In this document: positions 60,575 through 64,000 of the stretch, one piece after another
How the letters are laid out: each line of letters opens with the position of its first letter
Position numbering within the stretch: position 1 is the first letter of the stretch
NCBI GenBank assembly: GCA_028244835.1
Contig: JAOKBJ010000002.1
Span: 12,942 to 76,941 of the forward strand
DNA from: Methylophilaceae bacterium
GTDB lineage: Bacteria; Pseudomonadota; Gammaproteobacteria; Burkholderiales; Methylophilaceae
Direction of reading: 5' to 3'
Length of the DNA stretch: 64,000 bases
The notes under the pieces: generated by a model
What the model saw: only the letters and a program-made list of their open reading frames with translations
Databases searched by the model: none
Told to the model about the DNA's origin: nothing
Position numbers and translations under genes: made by a program

Positions 60575-62410
60575 ATGAATTATCTAGATAAAATAAACAA
60601 GCCATCGGATATCAAAAAACTCTCAAGAGATGAGTTAGAATTATTAGCCAAAGAACTCCGCTCTTTTATTATTAACAGTGTTTCAAAAACTGGTGGTCAT
60701 TTATCTTCAAATCTAGGGGTAATTGAACTCACTATTGCACTTCATTACGTATACGATTGCCCAAACGATCAAATTATTTGGGATGTTGGCCACCAAACCT
60801 ATGCACATAAAATACTAACTGGAAGAAGAAATAAAATGCATACGCTTAGGCAAAAGAATGGTATTTCTGGCTTCCCTAGGCGTACAGAAAGTAAATTTGA
60901 TAGTTTTGGTACCGGTCATTCAAGTACATCTATATCTGCAGCTCTAGGCGTATCAGAAGCGTTTAAAATCAATAAGTCTAAATATAGAGCAATTGCTGTA
61001 ATTGGAGATGGGGCAATGACTGCAGGTATGGCTTTTGAAGGTTTAAATAATGCCGGTAATACTGAAAATGACATACTTGTAATACTGAATGATAATGATA
61101 TGTCCATATCAAATAATGTAGGCGCACTAAATAATTATCTTGCTAAACTGCTATCTGGAAAATTATATGGAGGAATCAAGCGTTCTGGGAAAGCTGTTCT
61201 TTCTAAGGTTCCACCTGTACTTGAGTTAGCTAGAAAAACTGAAGAGCATGTAAAAGGAATGGTGATACCAGGAACATTGTTTGAAGAGTTTGGATTTAAC
61301 TATATTGGCCCTATTGATGGACACGATTTAACCACGCTGGTAGACACCTTGAGTAATATAAAATCTCTAAAAGGCCCCCAGTTTTTGCATGTGGCGACAA
61401 AAAAAGGATATGGGTATAAGCCAGCTGAACAAAATCCTAATAAATTTCATGGTGTAAGTAAATTTGACCCTCAAAATGGCCAAGCCAAGAAAAAAAATGC
61501 CTTAAAAACATTTACTGAAGTTTTTTCTGAATGGATTATGGATACTGCCGCTAAAGAATCAAAACTTTGTGCTATAACTCCAGCAATGTCAGATGGATCA
61601 GGGCTTAATCAATTCTCAAAAAAATATCCAAAACGATTTTTTGATGTTGGTATTGCAGAGCAGCACGCACTAACATTTGCTGCTGGCCTTGCATGTAATA
61701 GTCTGAAACCTGTTATAGCCATTTACTCAACCTTTCTTCAAAGAGCCTATGACCAATTAATTCACGATATTGCACTTCAAAATATTTCAATGTTATTTGC
61801 AGTTGATCGAGCAGGGATTGTTGGAGCAGATGGTGCAACTCATTCAGGAAATTTTGATATTTCATATTTAAGATGTATACCAAATATTATTATAATGGTA
61901 CCAAGCAATGAAAATCAGTGCTATCAAATGCTTAAAACAGGATTCAAATATGATGGTATATGTGTTGTTAGGTTCCCTAGGGGGAATGGTATCGGTACTC
62001 ATATTGATAAAAAATTAAACTTATTACCTATTGGTAAGTCTGAAAAGATTAGAGATGGGGTGAATATAGTAATTCTTGCTTTTGGTCCATTACTTAAAAC
62101 TGCTCTTGAAGTAGCTGACGAATTAAATGCTACCCTTATTGATATGAAATTTGTAAAACCTATAGATGAAAAAATGATAAAAAAATGTGTTAATAATCAC
62201 AAGGTTTTAGTAACAATCGAAGATAATACAATTTTAGGTGGAGCAGGATCAGCGGTTTTAGAGGTTATTAGTAAGAATAATCTGAAATGTAAAACTCTTT
62301 GCTTAGGTATACCTGATAATTTTGTTGAGCATGGAACCCAAGAAGAAATTTATAAACTATGTGAATTAGATAAAAATAATATTATTAAGAAAATTGTTAA
62401 ACAATTATAG
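60575..62410 (+). CDS. dxs: 1-deoxy-D-xylulose-5-phosphate synthase
   Basis: WDVGHQ, GHSSTS, GDGAMTAG, GIAEQH, DRAG.VGADG. Confidence 0.97.
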   Translation: MNYLDKINKPSDIKKLSRDELELLAKELRSFIINSVSKTGGHLSSNLGVIELTIALHYVYDCPNDQIIWDVGHQTYAHKILTGRRNKMHTLRQKNGISGFPRRTESKFDSFGTGHSSTSISAALGVSEAFKINKSKYRAIAVIGDGAMTAGMAFEGLNNAGNTENDILVILNDNDMSISNNVGALNNYLAKLLSGKLYGGIKRSGKAVLSKVPPVLELARKTEEHVKGMVIPGTLFEEFGFNYIGPIDGHDLTTLVDTLSNIKSLKGPQFLHVATKKGYGYKPAEQNPNKFHGVSKFDPQNGQAKKKNALKTFTEVFSEWIMDTAAKESKLCAITPAMSDGSGLNQFSKKYPKRFFDVGIAEQHALTFAAGLACNSLKPVIAIYSTFLQRAYDQLIHDIALQNISMLFAVDRAGIVGADGATHSGNFDISYLRCIPNIIIMVPSNENQCYQMLKTGFKYDGICVVRFPRGNGIGTHIDKKLNLLPIGKSEKIRDGVNIVILAFGPLLKTALEVADELNATLIDMKFVKPIDEKMIKKCVNNHKVLVTIEDNTILGGAGSAVLEVISKNNLKCKTLCLGIPDNFVEHGTQEEIYKLCELDKNNIIKKIVKQL

Positions 62411-62446
62411 TAATGATAAAATCTATCTTTAATAAAAATAAATATA

Positions 62447-63247
62447 ATGAATAAAATAATCTCAAACGAATTAATAGAAGACGTTCAAAACACCCCAGAC
62501 AAAAGACATCTTGATATAGACAAAGTTGGCATAAAAGCTATCAAGCATCCTATTCTAGTTAAAGATAGAACTGGATTAATACAACACACAAATGCGACTT
62601 TTAGTATGTATGTTCATTTGCCTCATAATTTCAAAGGCACACATATGTCAAGATTTGTTGAGATTCTTAATGAAAATCAAAAAGAAATTTCAGTAGCATC
62701 TTTTAAAGATATTCTAAAAGAGATGTTGGAAAGATTAGAATCTAAATCAGGTTACCTAGAAATGCAATTTACGTACTTTGTAAATAAAAAAGCCCCTGTT
62801 AGTGGAGTTGAAAGCTTAATGGACTATGAAGTGAGCTTTATTGGTGAAATGATCAATGGAAAAATAATTAACACAACTAAAGTTATTGTTCCTGTTACAA
62901 GCCTTTGTCCATGCTCGAAAAAAATATCTAAATATGGAGCTCATAATCAAAGAGCACATGTCACACTTACTCTTGAAACAAACGATTTTATTTGGGTTGA
63001 AGATATAATTGAGGCAGTTGAAAAACAGGCATCATGTGAATTATATGGAATACTTAAAAGACCCGATGAAAAGTTTGTAACGGAAAAAGCATATGAAAAT
63101 CCAAAGTTTGTTGAAGACATTGTCAGAGATATTGCAGCCGATCTTAAAGAAAACACTAAGGTGAATAAGTATATAATCGAGTCAGAAAATTTCGAATCTA
63201 TTCATAATCATTCAGCTTATGCTTTAATACAAGGAAGTAATATTTAA
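62447..63247 (+). CDS. folE2: GTP cyclohydrolase FolE2
   Basis: [30 protein letters not shown]. Confidence 0.96.
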   Translation: MNKIISNELIEDVQNTPDKRHLDIDKVGIKAIKHPILVKDRTGLIQHTNATFSMYVHLPHNFKGTHMSRFVEILNENQKEISVASFKDILKEMLERLESKSGYLEMQFTYFVNKKAPVSGVESLMDYEVSFIGEMINGKIINTTKVIVPVTSLCPCSKKISKYGAHNQRAHVTLTLETNDFIWVEDIIEAVEKQASCELYGILKRPDEKFVTEKAYENPKFVEDIVRDIAADLKENTKVNKYIIESENFESIHNHSAYALIQGSNI

Positions 63248-64000
63248 TTGTAAATATTTTTACTTCTTTTAATGGTATTTTTTAAACCAAAAAATATTAC
63301 TATAAAAGCAATTAGTGGAAGTATTGAAGAAAACATGAAAGTATTAGCTGCACCATATTGATCGATCATAAAGCCGCCTCCTAACCCCCCAACTGTGCCG
63401 CCCAATCCATAGGTAATACTATTATAAATAGATTGGCCTCTTGAGTGATGTTCTCTATGAAAATGAATGGAGACTAATTCAACTGATGCCACATGAAAAC
63501 TTCCAAACGTTGCTGCATGAAGAATTTGAGCAAGAATTAAAATCCATAAAATATCAACATAATTTCCAATAAGAAAAAACCTTATAACAGCTAAAAATAA
63601 ACTAATCAGTAGTACTTCTTTTAAGTGAAATTTACTTAAAATTTTAGGCATCAAGATAAAAATAAATATTTCAAAGATAACACCAATTGACCACAAAATA
63701 CCAATTAAAGAGCTTGAATAGCCTTGCTCTTTTAGAAAAATTGAATAAAAATTATATAAAAGACCATGAGAAGAAACCATTAACGCACAACCTATAAGTA
63801 ATGAAATTACCTCTGGTTTTTTTAAAATTTTAAAAATTGATCTTTTTGCATTACCAATTAATTCAAATTTTTTATCTGGAATAGAAAAAGAAAGACATAA
63901 TATTATCAATTGCGTAAATAAAAGTGCCCAAATAAGAATTGTGACACTATATCTATCAATTAAAATACCTAGAAAAAATGAAGCAATAATAAACCCAACA
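63244..64000 (-). CDS. MFS transporter (HcaT/MFS_1-like), 5' truncated by window edge
   Basis: Hydrophobic helices, [19 protein letters not shown]; frame continues past the 63909 ORF start toward the window end. Confidence 0.88.
   Translation of the reverse strand, partial: VGFIIASFFLGILIDRYSVTILIWALLFTQLIILCLSFSIPDKKFELIGNAKRSIFKILKKPEVISLLIGCALMVSSHGLLYNFYSIFLKEQGYSSSLIGILWSIGVIFEIFIFILMPKILSKFHLKEVLLISLFLAVIRFFLIGNYVDILWILILAQILHAATFGSFHVASVELVSIHFHREHHSRGQSIYNSITYGLGGTVGGLGGGFMIDQYGAANTFMFSSILPLIAFIVIFFGLKNTIKRSKNIYN

Overview
This is a gene-dense, AT-rich core-genome segment with minimal intergenic space and many overlapping or abutting genes. Gene order is betaproteobacterial (exbBD-msbA-lpxK-ycaR-kdsB; nadE-glnB; PHP-site-2 protease-trpS-scpAB-rluB; ilvIHC-psd; xseB-ispA-dxs-folE2). 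With the MxaD/MxaE-like genes, this suggests a streamlined Methylophilaceae (OM43/Methylopumilus-like) genome; that assignment is an inference. I saw no rRNA, complete tRNA, CRISPR array, integrase or transposase. Main observations: (1) there are two TrpRS-family genes. The copy at the ancestral locus has lost HIGH, KMSKS and the anticodon domain but remains an open frame with a conserved insertion domain, while a different-clade intact trpS sits two genes upstream. (2) An unannotated 43-aa microprotein with an amphipathic N-terminus and histone-H1-like AAKKKP repeats forms its own transcription unit. (3) An Opp/Dpp-type ABC importer is interleaved with an ElsL-like cytoplasmic YkuD enzyme and lies near nagZ, a candidate peptidoglycan-recycling module. 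(4) A Fur-boxed FTR1 permease is paired with a His/Glu-rich lipoprotein. (5) The MxaD-like protein appears internally deleted. Homology calls come from recognising motifs by eye; no database search was run.
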